A DNA stretch of 64,000 nucleotides from Geosiphon pyriformis uo1 (taxonomy: Eukaryota; Fungi; Glomeromycota): contig JAAOMT010000436.1 in assembly GCA_016748015.1 (NCBI GenBank), positions 1,548,847 through 1,612,846 on the forward strand, in the 5' to 3' direction. Positions within the stretch are counted from its first letter, which is position 1. Each line of letters opens with the position of its first letter. The notes beneath the pieces are model-generated. The model made no database searches. It saw only the letters and a program-made list of their open reading frames with translations, and had not been told where the DNA came from. Positions 25,981 through 39,275 of this stretch are shown piece by piece. Both the position numbers and the translations under genes were made by a program.

Positions 25981-28900
25981 ATAAAGAAACCATTAAGCAG
26001 TAGTTGACAAAATTAAGTCATTTTTAGAAATAACATAAATATTTTAGTTTGTTATTTTACCAATTATAAAACATTGGTGCTTGCTTATACTACATTCAAA
26101 TAATGCGCAATTATAATGTAAAATTTCCAATTTATTATTTGTTTTTACATAAGAAAAAAAAAATTTCAGTTATATTTCAATCTTATAGAAGCAATTATTT
26201 ATTTATTTTGTTTAAAAAATTTTCTTTGAATGGAATGATTGTAACTGGTTAAAGAGTGACGTTGATAAATTGGACTTTTTGAGGAAATTCTTAAAATTGG
26301 AGATAGTGCTATTGTTTCTGGTAATTTTTAAAGTTTGAAAAGCATGAGCTGTCATTACAGAATTTGTCATCAAATTAATTTATAGAGTGAACTTTGATAA
26401 AAATTTATTCTCGTGAAAAAATTCAATTTCGCAAGTTCAAAACTTATATTATTATTATCAGCAAACAAAATTTTTGTAATTTATACAATATGAAGCTTAA
26501 TAGATTGAATTTATTAAAAAACTTCAAATATATTATTAACTTTAAAGAAAGAATTGCGACACAATTTTTTTAGAAATGTGTTACAAAATTTAAAACTGAG
26601 TTTTTTTTGTCACTTCTTTATAAGTTTTTCTAATTTTCTAAAGTGCTTTTTCTACAGAAAATTGATTGCCAAGTCTTCATTCAGAAAGTTATAAAGAATG
26701 TTTGCTTGAAATTTATGAGATCCAGCAATCAAGAAAATTAGAAAGTCAGGTAATGATCAAGATTTCATCAATTTTTGATCAAACGTGACTAAAATCTTAA
26801 TTATATTATACACAATTTTGAATTGTATATAAGAACTAATTTACTACTAAAAATTATTTCCTATCTTCTAGCCAATATAATCACAAAAATATTAAACTTA
26901 TATTCCCAATGATATATTTACACAAAACTCAACCGTCATCCTTAGTTTCTACTCAAAACAAAATATATTCTTTCCTCAAGCAATGCCAAAAATTTTATGA
27001 CAAATTATTTTATGTCTTGAATATTAGATTCATAGCTCTTTCATACCATATTCTCGATTCCTTTTTTTTGTAACTATTACTTCTTCCACTTACTTCAAAA
27101 GTCAGTTATTCCCAATTTCTCTTGAGTAAAATTCTTTTAATTTACGAACACGCTTCAATCTTTTGTTTTCTGAAAGTTTTCTTGGTAATAATTAGTATAA
27201 TCCGAAATTAGAACGTTGATTTGGAATATACGACTATAACCTTTTTCTGTTGATAATTTCCTAAGCATTTATTCGCTAATACCACTTTTAAATGGGTCAA
27301 TGAGGGTAAGTGACTTTAAATTTTAAATTATTTCATTAAAATTATGAATTTCAACAAAACTCTTAGGTATGGCTGAAAAGTCGGGTATAAAACCGCAATT
27401 TTGACACATCTTGGGATTAATTACATAATTTTTATATTGACAGCAATTGTATATTATCAAATTTTAAAATTTGTCTCTTCATCTCAGAAAAATCTAAAAC
27501 TGGCTTGGATCGTAAATTTTCATAAGGCAAATGGAATATTGCATCACGCGAAAAGTTACACATTATATTCTAGTATTTTTTGTCCTATTGGTAAGGTTTA
27601 ATTTTCTTAAAATGATTAACAAAAACTTTATATTCATTCATTTTAGCTACCTTTTTCAGTGCATTTTTTATTATTGCTGAACGGGTGGGTTCTCATTTAA
27701 ATACAAATGTTTTCTAAAGAATTTAAAGTATTCTGACTGCTAATTTGCATTACCATGGATAGATCCAAGAAGTCTGGGTTTTTTGATCGGTGCTATAGGT
27801 CTGTTTTCATGTTATCAAGTCATAAATTCATTTTAAGTGAAACTAAAAAGTTTTAAATCATTTTTACATCTTCAAATAAAATAGCATTGGGTTTTGGTAG
27901 AACAGGAAACGCAATAGCTTATGCATTTAACAAAAAGGATAATATTCGTATATTAAGAGTGATTCGTTTAAACCCTGCCAGTGGTATTATTTTGAAAGTA
28001 GAAAAGACTTGATAAAATGATGAAATCATCACTATAGATTGACTTCTATATATAGCTGATTTAAAGATCTCATCGATTACTTGCCAGAAAGGTTTATAGT
28101 GTGCTAAACAACACTCAATAAATTTAAATCCCAATATTTTATGAATTAAAAAGTAAATTATTTATTTGTGTGCTTTATCTTGTGTCATTATTTAAATAAT
28201 ACAATTAATTCATTTTTTCCATAATTTTGATCCCAATATTATAGATATAATAATTAAAGTAATTTTTCGAAAATAATTTTCAAATTTCACCTTGCTCTGA
28301 AATTAAAAAAAGGCCAATATTTTTAACTTCCAAAATCACTGGACTTTTCTTGAGTTCCATTTTTTTTTGGTTTTTCTTATTAATTTGCGGTTTTTCTTTG
28401 GTTTTTGTTAAATTTTTATCTTGATTTAAAAAGTTAAAATCAATTAAAAAATTTTGAGATATTTTTTAATTGGTTTTTTATTCATCTTTTTGATCATTAG
28501 CTTAAATTGGTTACATTTTTTCTTTATTTTATTGTTTCATTTCTTTTTTATTACTATTATTTTATCATTATCTTTTAATGGTATCATTAACTTAATTACT
28601 ATTTTGATCTAAAATTTTTTTTAAGTATAAATTTTTATTTTTTCCTTGTTTTTTGTTTTATTTCATTTATTTTTACTGATTTTGTTTTTGTTATAAATTC
28701 TAACAGGATTATTAACAATTAAAAATGGTTTTATTAACAACAATTAATATTATTTTGTAGCATTATTTTTGATTGTAAAGTTGTTGAAAAACTATTAAAT
28801 ATTTTAAATTGTTCAGATTTTATTTAACTTAATTTTATTTCATCAAGTTATGAACTTTCTGTATATCTGTAAACAATGGACATTCTTGGTTATTTTTACA

Positions 28901-29046
28901 ATTTTCTTAATAATTTTGTTTATTTCATGTATAAGAATTTTTATCAATGTGATTCATAAGACTAAAAAATGAATAATTTCGAAAATATTTAATAAACTGT
29001 AAGTTTATCTTGGTTTGTTAATTAAAATTTCAAACATTATTTTTTT

Positions 29047-29500
29047 GCTGCTATGCATCATATGGCGTTATATGGTTTAAAAACTTTCAAACAGATGCAA
29101 ACTGGCAGTAGTTGGCGATATTAATGAAGTTTGCTAATGGTAATGGTGTTTTTACCAAATTTTCAGGATATGAACAGCAGAACTGTAGATTGATAAATAG
29201 TCAACCATTAAAATTTCGGAGGATCTTTTCAAGGTCAACACAATTCTTCTAAAAGTTTTCTTGCAGGTATCGTCAAAGTTCTCAAGGCTACAGATTTGTG
29301 GATTTCGGGGATGAACTTCCTGACACCGTTTCGTATAACAGACATGGATCTTTGCATGAGATCTTGGGACTTGATGTTTCGGAAAAAGATGTAAAAATCT
29401 TAAGATTTATGCTAGTTAGCTGTTAAATAGGAGAAGAGAAATTGTTAAGCGGAGCACATAGTCTCGATCTGGATGATGTTGAAAGAGATATATGCTTCGC
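29047..29500 (+). mobile_element. LINE fragment (post-RT region), GC-richer
   Basis: AAMHHMALYGLKTFKQMQT..LMKFANGNGV..SFLAGIVKVL is homologous to the decayed 9300-9530 (-) segment. Confidence 0.65.
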
Positions 29501-30335
29501 AGTTATCTCAGAAAAATTAGTAAAAACATAAACAATTTTTCTTAATAAAGGCAAAAAGCTTTCGTATTGATTTCACTTCACTAATCTTGTTACAACGAAA
29601 GAAATATCGGGTTATGATACTCAAAAGAATTTTTAGACAAGTCTGAAATTTTTTTTTGAATATAACAAATACTTGGCAAAACACCTATCATTTTAAATCA
29701 GAATTTAATCGGACTATATATAAAACAATTAAAAAAAAATTTTTTTTGTGAATTAGTACATAATTAGGGCTTTGGAAATGAATTTTCATACAAATATAAC
29801 AATTTCCAGAAAAATATAATTTCAATTTGGGAGGCCTTTTTAAAAATGAGATCAAATATCGACTAATTTAATTTTAATCCACATGACTAATTGATCACAT
29901 GAACAATTTCTTTAAAAATTACCTTTTATTTACGTTGTTTTTACTAGTTGCTTTCGACCACAGAATTGTTTTAAATTATGTAGGAAGTCAACCCTTTGAT
30001 CATATTCTGAATTTATAGTTTTTTTTAGTGATCTCAAGCACAATAAATACATTTTGTCAACAAAAACAATAAAAGCTTGAAAACAAAAAAGTAAAGTGCT
30101 ATGTTCTTGCAAATTTGACAATAAAGAATCACTTTCCACATAAAGTAATTTGACTTTTGTTTTAGGTTTCAATTAGCTGTTTAAGTGGAGTTTCTCACTG
30201 ATAAATAAATTCACATATAATAATTGTCTCTCATAAAAAGTGACATCAACAAATTATGAAGTTTTGGATTTGATGTATACACTTTTGAAATTAAATATAA
30301 AAATTTAATCACCCCATTTTAAAAATCGTATTTTT

Positions 30336-31413
30336 CTATGACATCGCGGTGAATCTCTTGTATTTACTGTCTCTGAGAATTTCCCATATTTTTTTATAAC
30401 ATTGCTTTGAGTTTCTTGTATTTACCGCCTCAGAAATTTTTTCCCAATTTTTCTCATGTTTTTCAAAGGCATGTATCAAACTTTTTACCTCTACTGAGTT
30501 CCATTTTCCACTATTATAATAGGTTTGAACTTTTGGTGAGTGATGATAATGTTTTTTTATCTGATCTAGGGATCTTCCTGGAATTAATAGCTGTATTTGC
30601 TCCCAATTCTCAACATTATTTTGAAAAGCTTTAGCCAATTTATTAAATTCTTCATCTGTCCATCGGCCCCTTTTTATTCCAGGCGCCAAGACTTCTTCAT
30701 AGTGTCCGCAAATCGCACTAGATGGTCTTTGAAGAATATGACTTATTTCTGTCCATTTTTTACCATGGCTCTGCACTAAGCTCAAAAGTTTTTCATCTTC
30801 TTGCTTGTTCCATGAGCCGCGTTTTGGTTGTGCTAAAACATTATGATATCGTCGCCATAAATCTTCAGTACTTCTTCCAGGGAAATAGCCAGTTGATAAA
30901 ATACCTTTCCAATCGACTCTATTGTTTTTTTTATATCTTTTAACAGCTGAGTACAACTCTTTATCTTCTTCGGATTTCCACTTTTTTGCGTTTAGCTTCA
31001 TTTTATTATCAATCTCTGATATAGTACCTGTTAAGCGATACCATTTACACTGAAGAGCCGCTGCTGTTCTTAATGGAAAGTGTTTTTGCGAAATTATTGG
31101 CCATTTTGAACCATACTCTTCATGCTCCTCAATTAAGGCTTTAATTTCTTCAAGGCTCCACTTTTGGGAATATTGTAGACAAGAAATTTTTTTATCAATT
31201 GATAAAGTATTTTTTGGATTTCTAAGTGTTCGATTCACTAATGGTAGGCTATCCCAGGGAAGTGCTAACTGATAGTAAAAATTAAATTAGTTGATGAAAA
31301 GTTTTCTCTTCTGAAAACGGAATTTGTGATAGCCTACCTACTTTCAATTTCTTTAAAGTTGACCATATGTAAAGAGTGAAACATATTGTATTTTTGGTTT
31401 GCAATTTTAACAT
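30336..31413 (-). CDS. Five-repeat Myb protein, copy E (exons 31413-31342 and 31268-30336; ~334 aa)
   Basis: 73-nt intron nearly identical to that of A. The ORF-track start at 31238 is GTG; exon 1 MLKLQTKNTICFTLYIWSTLKKLK is in frame. Confidence 0.88.
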
Positions 31414-31639
31414 GAGATGAATAACATGAGAAAGTAAGAAAATTAGAAATAAAATTTTTTTCTATTACACATATCTATTTATATCTACACCCATGAGGCC
31501 GATCATCTTTTGTTTAGAATGCGATTGATGGTTTTCGTCCAAATAACTATTTGCTTGTATGCTTAACATAGTAATACATGTAGATAAATAATAATTACTC
31601 CTTTTGGGAATCATCTAATTTATTAATAATTACTCAGCT

Positions 31640-32445
31640 TTTAAGTGTCCTGTTTTTGGATTACATAATTTTTAAACGCAAATCCATGAGATTTTTTTTC
31701 AAAATACCTTAATACCAATACCAATACTATATATATTCTCAATAGGGGCTATATGATGGCCACTGTAGAACACGACACAGAAGTCTTGCTTGAAGGTAAG
31801 AGATGTTTGGGCAGAATGGCAATTGAGCCAAGCCTTTAGAGCTTTTCTCGAACAGTTTATTTGCTGACTTCGAACCCTGGATGCATTTCTTTAAGCGCTT
31901 TCGGCTACTATAACGAAATGATTTCCCTATACCACTTTGCTAATCTGACGGCGTTTGCAAGAAGTAAGCTTGTGAGTGGCCAGGACGATCAATATCCAAA
32001 ACTTAGCCATTTTTACAAAGTAGGACGACGTAATGTTAACAGGAGCGAAGCGAAAAATTAGTTATTTACCAATTTTGGTTGCATTGCTTCAAAAGCATTT
32101 AGTGACTTCACGGTTCGATTTTACGGGATTAGACTGCACTAGATAAGTGAAAAAATGAGTTGTGTGACATAAGGCGTATCCAAAATGATATTTACGTGTC
32201 AGCCTTTCTTCCAACGAGGTTAGTAAGGCGAAAACTTTTGCCAATGGTATTGTCGCCATTACTTTTCGCCTGTTCTTAAAGGAAAAATATCTGTAAAAAC
32301 TGACTGCTATTTTGAATTGTACTCTTAAGCCCGTTTCTGATAAAGTTTTAGGCAAGAATTTTCACAATTTCTCAATATACCCATAGTTTCATTAAAAAAA
32401 TTGGGACTTTTAAAATAGTTTTTCTAGTATTAATTATAACTGTAC
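31640..32445 (-). mobile_element. Tc1/mariner remnant between divergent Myb copies E and F
   Basis: Frameshifted HTH region IDRPG..HKLTSCKRRQISKVV..LKEMHPGFEVSK*TVREKL*RLG. Homologous to 12560-13070 (inverted) and to 39045-39275. Confidence 0.65.
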
Positions 32446-32512
32446 CGATAGTAATGTGATCTAATTCCTAAGCTATAAATAGAAATTTATTCACTTATTA
32501 TAACTTAAAATT

Positions 32513-32922
32513 ATGATTAAATCACAAACCACAAATATAATATGTTTTACTCTTTACATTTGGTCAACTTTATGGAGATTAAAAGTAGGTAGGCCACAAA
32601 AATTCCATAACAATTTGGTTTAGCAGAAAAAAATTTTAAGTTTACTACCAGCTGGCAATTTCCTCGAGCACCCCATCGTCAATAAATCGAATGCTAGGAA
32701 ATCATAAAAACGTTACATCAAGTGATAAAAAAATTTCTTGCCAGAAACATTATCGAAAATTGAGCACTGAAGAAATTAAAACTCTATTTGAGGCATATAG
32801 AGAGTATGGTTCACAATGAGGATTAATTTCACAAAAATACTTGCCATCAAGAACACCATCTGGTATTCAGAATAAACGGTATCACTTAATCAGAAACTTA
32901 CATTAAATTTTAATAAGTGGAG
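32513..32922 (+). pseudogene. Myb copy F: leader plus repeat 1, truncated
   Basis: Exon 1 32513-32584, intron to 32651, TGG>TGA stop in repeat 1, a short deletion, and homology ending ~32922. Confidence 0.85.
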
Positions 32923-33780
32923 CCGAATTGATTAGGTTGTAAGTCTTCATCGACATGATAGCACTGGAAATAATAAAGATGATCGCTTATCATCGAAATC
33001 GGCAAGCATAATCAAAGTATCCAGTTAAATTGATAATAAGACAATAATCTGTTAGCACTCTAAAAATCTAGAAATAACCTACAATAAGAGATTTGTAGTT
33101 TGAAAGTTTTATTAGAAGCCTTGAATGACTTCAATTAGACAATGTCATTTTATTATTATCTAACCTATACCTTATATAAAGATAGCAATGTTTTAGATAT
33201 CATTCCATTTTTATTTATACATACTTTCTATTCTTTCAAAATTTGATGCTTTTATCCATAAAAATTATTTTTTAAAAAGTTTCCTTAAATGTTTAAATTA
33301 CGAATAAAAACAATTTACAATAATTACAAACATTTTTCAAAACTGATTTATAAGCCATAATTATTTACAACAGTTGTATGAATAATAATGAAATTTTATT
33401 TTGTCAATTACTTTTTTTTTAATTAAAATAAATATTTTTTCAAATATTAAAAAAAAATTAAATAATCAAATATTTTCTTTTATTTAAGAACAAACAATAT
33501 TTAAAAAGAAGAAAAGTATTTTTGTGAACATTATGAAAAAACTTGCAAATATATTAAAACTTATTAAAAATAATTAAAATTATTCTATATTATTCAAAGG
33601 ATTTTATATTAAAAATAAATAAATAAATAATTATTAAATTAATGTATATTTAAATATTTGTATTTCTTTATTTCTTATATATATGAATAGAGATATTTGT
33701 TTTAAATGTATTCAAATATATTATATCTCAAATATTAATTAAAAATAATTAAATGATAAAATTTTAAAGTACATTCTTTG

Positions 33781-33786
<6 letters not shown>

Positions 33787-33830
<44 letters not shown>
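33787..33830. repeat. 44-bp perfect palindrome of back-to-back (AAT)n/(ATT)n
   Basis: TAATAA..AAT|ATT..ATTA, centre between 33808 and 33809. Confidence 0.85.
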
Positions 33831-33974
33831 AGGTTCTGGAGCTATTTGGCAGTATTGCAACAAACGTTTTGTTGAAATATTATGCATACCAGTTTGAAGT
33901 ATACCAATCAAATTACTGGTTGAAGAATCTAATGGTGGTTTAGTACTTTGTTAATAATTTCAAATCAGTAAAAA

Positions 33975-34330
33975 AATTCTAATGCTTCTTTAGGCATATA
34001 TCTTCCAAAACTGGTCTACTTATTCGTACCCTTTTTAATCTTTGCTTAAACTTGATCCTCCGGTGCCATCTTCGTTTTTAACTAAAGCAATAAATCCATT
34101 GGAGTCTATACTTGTCATTCGAACACTAATTGGCATTTTAGCTTCACCAAAGTATTTTGCGTAGGCTAGTAGCGTGGAAGGATCTATGTTCATCTAAGTT
34201 ATGCGACGAGCCGAATGTAATGTAAGTGAATCTATAATGTCATTGGGATTTTAAGATTTTTGACGATGCATCTTTATCAAGTGAGAAAGATTGGTGGTGG
34301 TAAAGAATCTCAGGGAATTTTTTTGTAAAA
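33975..34330 (-). pseudogene. DUF2470-domain pseudogene
   Basis: HSARRIT*MNIDPSTLLAYAKYFGEAKMPISVRMTSIDSNGF..RPVLED..KEALE, with a stop and frameshifts. Confidence 0.65.
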
Positions 34331-35362
34331 TTTAATAATTTTTTAATTTTAATACCGCCTGTTTGTCCACCAACATTTTTTTGTAATACCTAATACTTTT
34401 TGGATCATTCCGAATATAAATGCTGGATATCAATTTCTCCATTTGGAAGTTCCGGATTTATATCGTACGAAAAGAAATAAATTAAATTGGGGTATTTAAA
34501 ATTCTCGAAGTATTAGCAAAAATGAACAATTTAACTAGGGTCCTAAATTTTAGAAAAGTTTACAATCTCAGCTTTATCTTTTTGTTCACTATTTAATTTA
34601 CGTCATTTAATTTTAAATAACTTTTCGGATTATTCATTTGGTACTTAACCCTCCATCTAAAATTCAGTTTAAAATGGGAAGGGGACACGGATTTCAGAAG
34701 TATTAATCTAATTTTTCAAAATTGAACAATATCAAAGTGAAATTAAAGAAACAAGGTATCAAGTGAAATATCAGAATAGTGGAAAAAGATTTGTGAAAAA
34801 AAGGATATTTTGATAAATTAATAAAAAAATAGTTTTTTTAATCATAAAAAGATTTTTTCACCAAAATTAATTGTATTCTTTCATTTGCTTTCCTTTTATT
34901 TTTTTTGGTGTTCTTCTATTTTTCGTCAAAGGCAAAGAAAACACTCTTATTTGTGCAAGAGAGCAAGCAAACAAACAGAGAAACAAACAAAAATACAATG
35001 AAACAAAAGATTTAGCGTAAAAAAAAAACTTTAAAATTAGTTCTCTTGAGCAAAAAAGTAATTCAAATTGCGAACCTGAACTATCTTCTCAACGGGAACA
35101 GCTGATAATTTTAATAAACATAATAACAGACATTCGGTAAGTAATCATGATGATGAGCATGGTACCAAGTACCAATAAAAAGAATTGGATAATTTTATTG
35201 GTTAAAAAAAACTTAGAAACCGGTTTCTATCATATATCTATTGTATGTATGTATGTATGTATGTAGGTATTTATCGATTTCAATTTTTAAAACAGTTACT
35301 CTTGGTGAAACTTTAATTTTATATAAATAATGATTAGGGTCAACTTTTAATTTCAGAAAAAA

Positions 35363-35379
35363 ATGAAGAAATCCACATT

Positions 35380-35417
<38 letters not shown>

Positions 35418-36501
35418 CATCATTATCATCATCATTATTAAAAGGAAAAAAGGGTGAATTTTTTTCGCATACATATAGTAGATTACCATCTGCAAAATAT
35501 GATTTTATACATGATGACGAAGAAATAGATAGGAATAATTTTCACCATTATATGATTCGAGCTAAAACTGGAAGACTTTTTGAGGCCCCTATTGAAGAAA
35601 AATTGAAAGAAGGATGTATAGTTTTAGATGTTGGGTAAGAAATGATTTGAAAAAGATTTTTTTGGAAATCTACATATTTTAACCCTCTTTTTTTCCCACA
35701 AAACTAAAACTCTTTTTATTAAAACCTTATCACATTTAAATATATTATTAGTTGTGGTTCTGGAACTTGGATACTAGAAATGGCGGTAGAATATCCGCAC
35801 TCTAGCTTTATCGGTTTCGATATCGCTAAAGTTTATCCACAACAAATAAAACCAAAAAATGTTAAATTTTTTCAGGCAGATATTTTGGAAGGTATAAAAT
35901 TTCCAGAAGAACATTTCGACTACGTAAAAATGCGATTTCTCATACTAGGAATTCCACAACGTTCTTGGCCACTAGTCCTTGACGACTTAATAAGGGTAAC
36001 AAAACCTGGTGGTTGGATTGAATTAGCCGAACCAGAAATAGTGTCTACCGTTTTAACCCCAAACTATCGTAGATATTTAACAGCAAGTAAGTAAAAATTT
36101 TTCTTGATTCATTTATTTTGTGAGTACAATTTTTTTTTCTTTTCAAAATAAATAAATAAATATATATATAATTTTTTTATTTCAAAGTGCATAAACTTTT
36201 CGTTAAACGTAAATTAGATCCAAACATTTGCAACAAACTAAAAGATATCCTTTGCGATACCGGAAAATTAAGGTTTATTGAAAGTGGAACTTGGGAAATT
36301 CCTATTGGAAACATTGCCGATGAATTAGGTCAATTTAATGCCAGACATGTTTTAAATTTTGTACGAATTTATGGACCAAACCTTTTAGAAATTCTTGAAA
36401 TGAATCAAAATGAATGGGAAAACTTTTTCCCAAAGATTGAGGAGGAGTTTGAAAATTTGAATGAGTTACAATGTTATCATTACGTTTATGGACAAAAATG
36501 A
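35363..36501 (+). CDS. Class I SAM-dependent methyltransferase (fungal LaeA-like/Methyltransf_23-25 type); exons 35363-35634, 35752-36086, 36188-36501
   Basis: Splicing reconstitutes VLDVGCGSGTW; also FDYVKMR, RVTKPGGWIELAE and DDEEIDR. Canonical GT-AG introns keep the frame. N-terminal poly-Ser from (TCA)n. An upstream non-coding exon is possible. Confidence 0.9.
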
Positions 36502-37089
36502 GATTAAGTAGCATATTGTTTAAAAAAAATTTAGTGCAAATAATTTCTTTTTTCCTTTATTATATTTTTGTAATTATTTAGTATTTTTTAAAATTTCCAA
36601 AATGAAATACTCAAAAAAGTTTTTAATCTTTTTAATCTTTTCTAATAAAAAGGGTTTAATGAAAACTTTTAATAAATCTCAGCCGTTAAATTAAATTAAA
36701 TTAAATTAAATTAAATTATTAAATACAAGTTTAGCACCATAAAGGGCTTACATAACTAGAACGAATTACATATAGATGATTATGTCAGAAAATTGTGAAA
36801 CGTATGCATGAATTTTTTTTGCTTGTTTGGGATACGAGGATCAAATGTATTTAGAAATTAAACCTGAAATTAATTTTAAAATCGCAAAAAAATTTTTTTA
36901 AAATAAAAAATATATCTCACAATATTTTTGTGAAAAGAAAATTAAAAAATATTTTTTAAAATTAGCAAAATTGAGCTAGAATTTTGAAGCAAAATTATTT
37001 CAAAGGTATATGAACACCACATATATTGAAATCACAATGTGACAATTGTTTTAGCATATATCTACCTGTTACGTCATAAAACTCTAATA

Positions 37090-38905
37090 CAGTCGGACCT
37101 CTATAAAAGAACACAGTTGGTACACGCAAATTATGTTCCATTTTAGAGGTGTTCTATTATATAGTTTTATAATTATTATCAAATAAACTATATTTATTTA
37201 TTAAATCAATCAATTATTATTATTATTATTCTTATTAAATTATTGATTAATTTTTACCTGTTTTTTAGAATTTTCCTTCATTTTTTTGTATTCATATAAT
37301 TTTTTTCGAAGTAAATTTTGGTTTTCTATACTAAAATTTTCTTTTGCTAATTGCTCTTCAAATCTAATTACCTTTTTTAATGCTTCATATGCTTCTGTAA
37401 TTGTAATTAAAGCAGGTGGAGATTTTTCTAATTCTTCTTCTGAGTCATTAATTTTATTGGTTTCAATTTGAGCATCGGCTAAAACTATATCTACAATTTC
37501 ATTATTATCAAGAATATTTTCAGTTGCCAATAATTCATCAACTGCTACAGTATAATCTTCGAGATTTTTGACCAATTGTTGTGCATTTGATGGTAAATTG
37601 TTNNNNNNNNNNNNNNNNNNNNNNNNNNNNNNNNNNNNNNNNNNNNNNNNNNNNNNNNNNNNNNNNNNNNNNNNNNNNNNNNNNNNNNNNNNNNNNNNNN
37701 NNNNNNNNNNNNNNNNNNNNNNNNNNNNNNNNNNNNNNNNNNNNNNNNNNNNNNNNNNNNNNNNNNNNNNNNNNNNNNNNNNNNNNNNNNNNNNNNNNNN
37801 NNNNNNNNNNNNNNNNNNNNNNNNNNNNNNNNNNNNNNNNNNNNNNNNNNNNNNNNNNNNNNNNNNNNNNNNNNNNNNNNNNNNNNNNNNNNNNNNNNNN
37901 NNNNNNNNNNNNNNNNNNNNNNNNNNNNNNNNNNNNNNNNNNNNNNNNNNNNNNNNNNNNNNNNNNNNNNNNNNNNNNNNNNNNNNNNNNNNNNNNNNNN
38001 NNNNNNNNNNNNNNNNGCATTATATATGTCAGCAGGATCAAATTCGGATATAATGGTTTTTAATTTTCTTCATTCTTCTGGTAAACTTTTAGTTGATACA
38101 CTTTCTGCTTCACCATGAAATCGGTAAACACGTAACTGGTTTCGTTTTTTGAATTTTTGAATCCATCTATTTGAGAATTGCATTTCATTTTCGTGTATAT
38201 CAAGAAGTTTGGCAAATTTTTTTCCTTTCTCTTTAATTAGTTGATCATTGAATTCGATAGTGGCTGCCGTTACTTGTTCTACCCAAAAACTTAAAGCTTG
38301 GTCTAATTATGGAAATTTAATGCTTTTGTGTCAAATAGATCTTTTTGAGATTTTATCAATTTCAATATTCAACCACTTTGCATGCTCTTTGATTATCTTG
38401 GAGACAGTTGGACGAGAAATATGAAGTTCTGGATATTTATGATTGAGGTAAGCTACAAAAAGCATCATTAACTGCTGCTCATTTTTGTTTTTTGAATAAA
38501 GGTTCCGACATTGTGATAATTTAGCAAGTCTGTTAGAAAATGTGCCTATAATAATATTAGATTTGGTTTTAGCAAGCTTGAATAAGGGTAAGTGGCTGTA
38601 CGTGAAAACAGACAAGATCAAAAAGAGTAAATCCAATGTAAATCGATTTAAAAGAAAGTTAGGATGAAATCAATTCAATACGTTCTAACTCTTTTCCCAA
38701 TTACCAATTAACATATAGCACGTGATATTTGTTCTTATATGAAGGTAAATTTCGAATAAACGTTTGATAAAATTATGTTCTTGTTCCTTTATAGTTTGTT
38801 CTTATATAAAGGGAAAATTGTTAATTAATCAATTGGTTCTATAGAAAAATCTTCTTTGTAAGAGGTTGTTCTTTTATCGATGGTTCTTTTATGGAGGTCT
38901 GACTG
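37090..38905 (-). mobile_element. pogo/Tigger-type DNA transposon, defective, spanning an assembly gap
   Basis: 23-bp TIRs CAGTCGGACCTCTATAAAAGAAC / CAGTCAGACCTCCATAAAAGAAC (2 mismatches) with TA flanks. CENP-B-like HTH FSNRWIQKFKKRNQLRVYRFHGEAES. DIYNA at the gap edge, acidic C-terminus in ORF 37240-37575, in-frame stops. Confidence 0.9.
37603..38016. other. Assembly gap (414 N)
   Basis: Run of N. Confidence 1.
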
Positions 38906-39044
38906 TATTCTTCTTTTTTTCCCCATTTCTAACAACTTTTTTGAATGCAAAACAGTTTAAATAAAAAAAAATTAATATAAATTTTATCAATAATAAAAAG
39001 AAAAAATATTAGTATCTGGTTTTCAATTCAAGAAAATAGAAAAA

Positions 39045-39275
39045 GTTCTTCAACGAGTTTGGTAATGTGAAAATTTTTGCTAATCGTATTCCCGCTATTA
39101 CTTTCCACCTGTTCTTAATGAAAATGTCTCTAAAAACTAAATGCTATTTGAATTGTTTACTTTAATCTATTTTTGATAAAGTTTCAGACAAGAATTTTCA
39201 CAATTTTTCGATATATTCTTAGTTTCATTAAAAGAATTGTGACTTAAAAAATAGTTTTTCTAATATCAATGACAA
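39045..39275 (-). mobile_element. Terminal fragment of the same Tc1 family as 32.2-32.45 kb
   Basis: Direct sequence similarity to ~32209-32440 (..GATAAAGTTT..CAAGAATTTTCACAATTT..TAGTTTCATTAAAA..AAAATAGTTTTTCTA). Confidence 0.6.

Noticed and set aside
37538-38063. Three long ORFs containing X runs
   Set aside because: Artefacts of the N gap.
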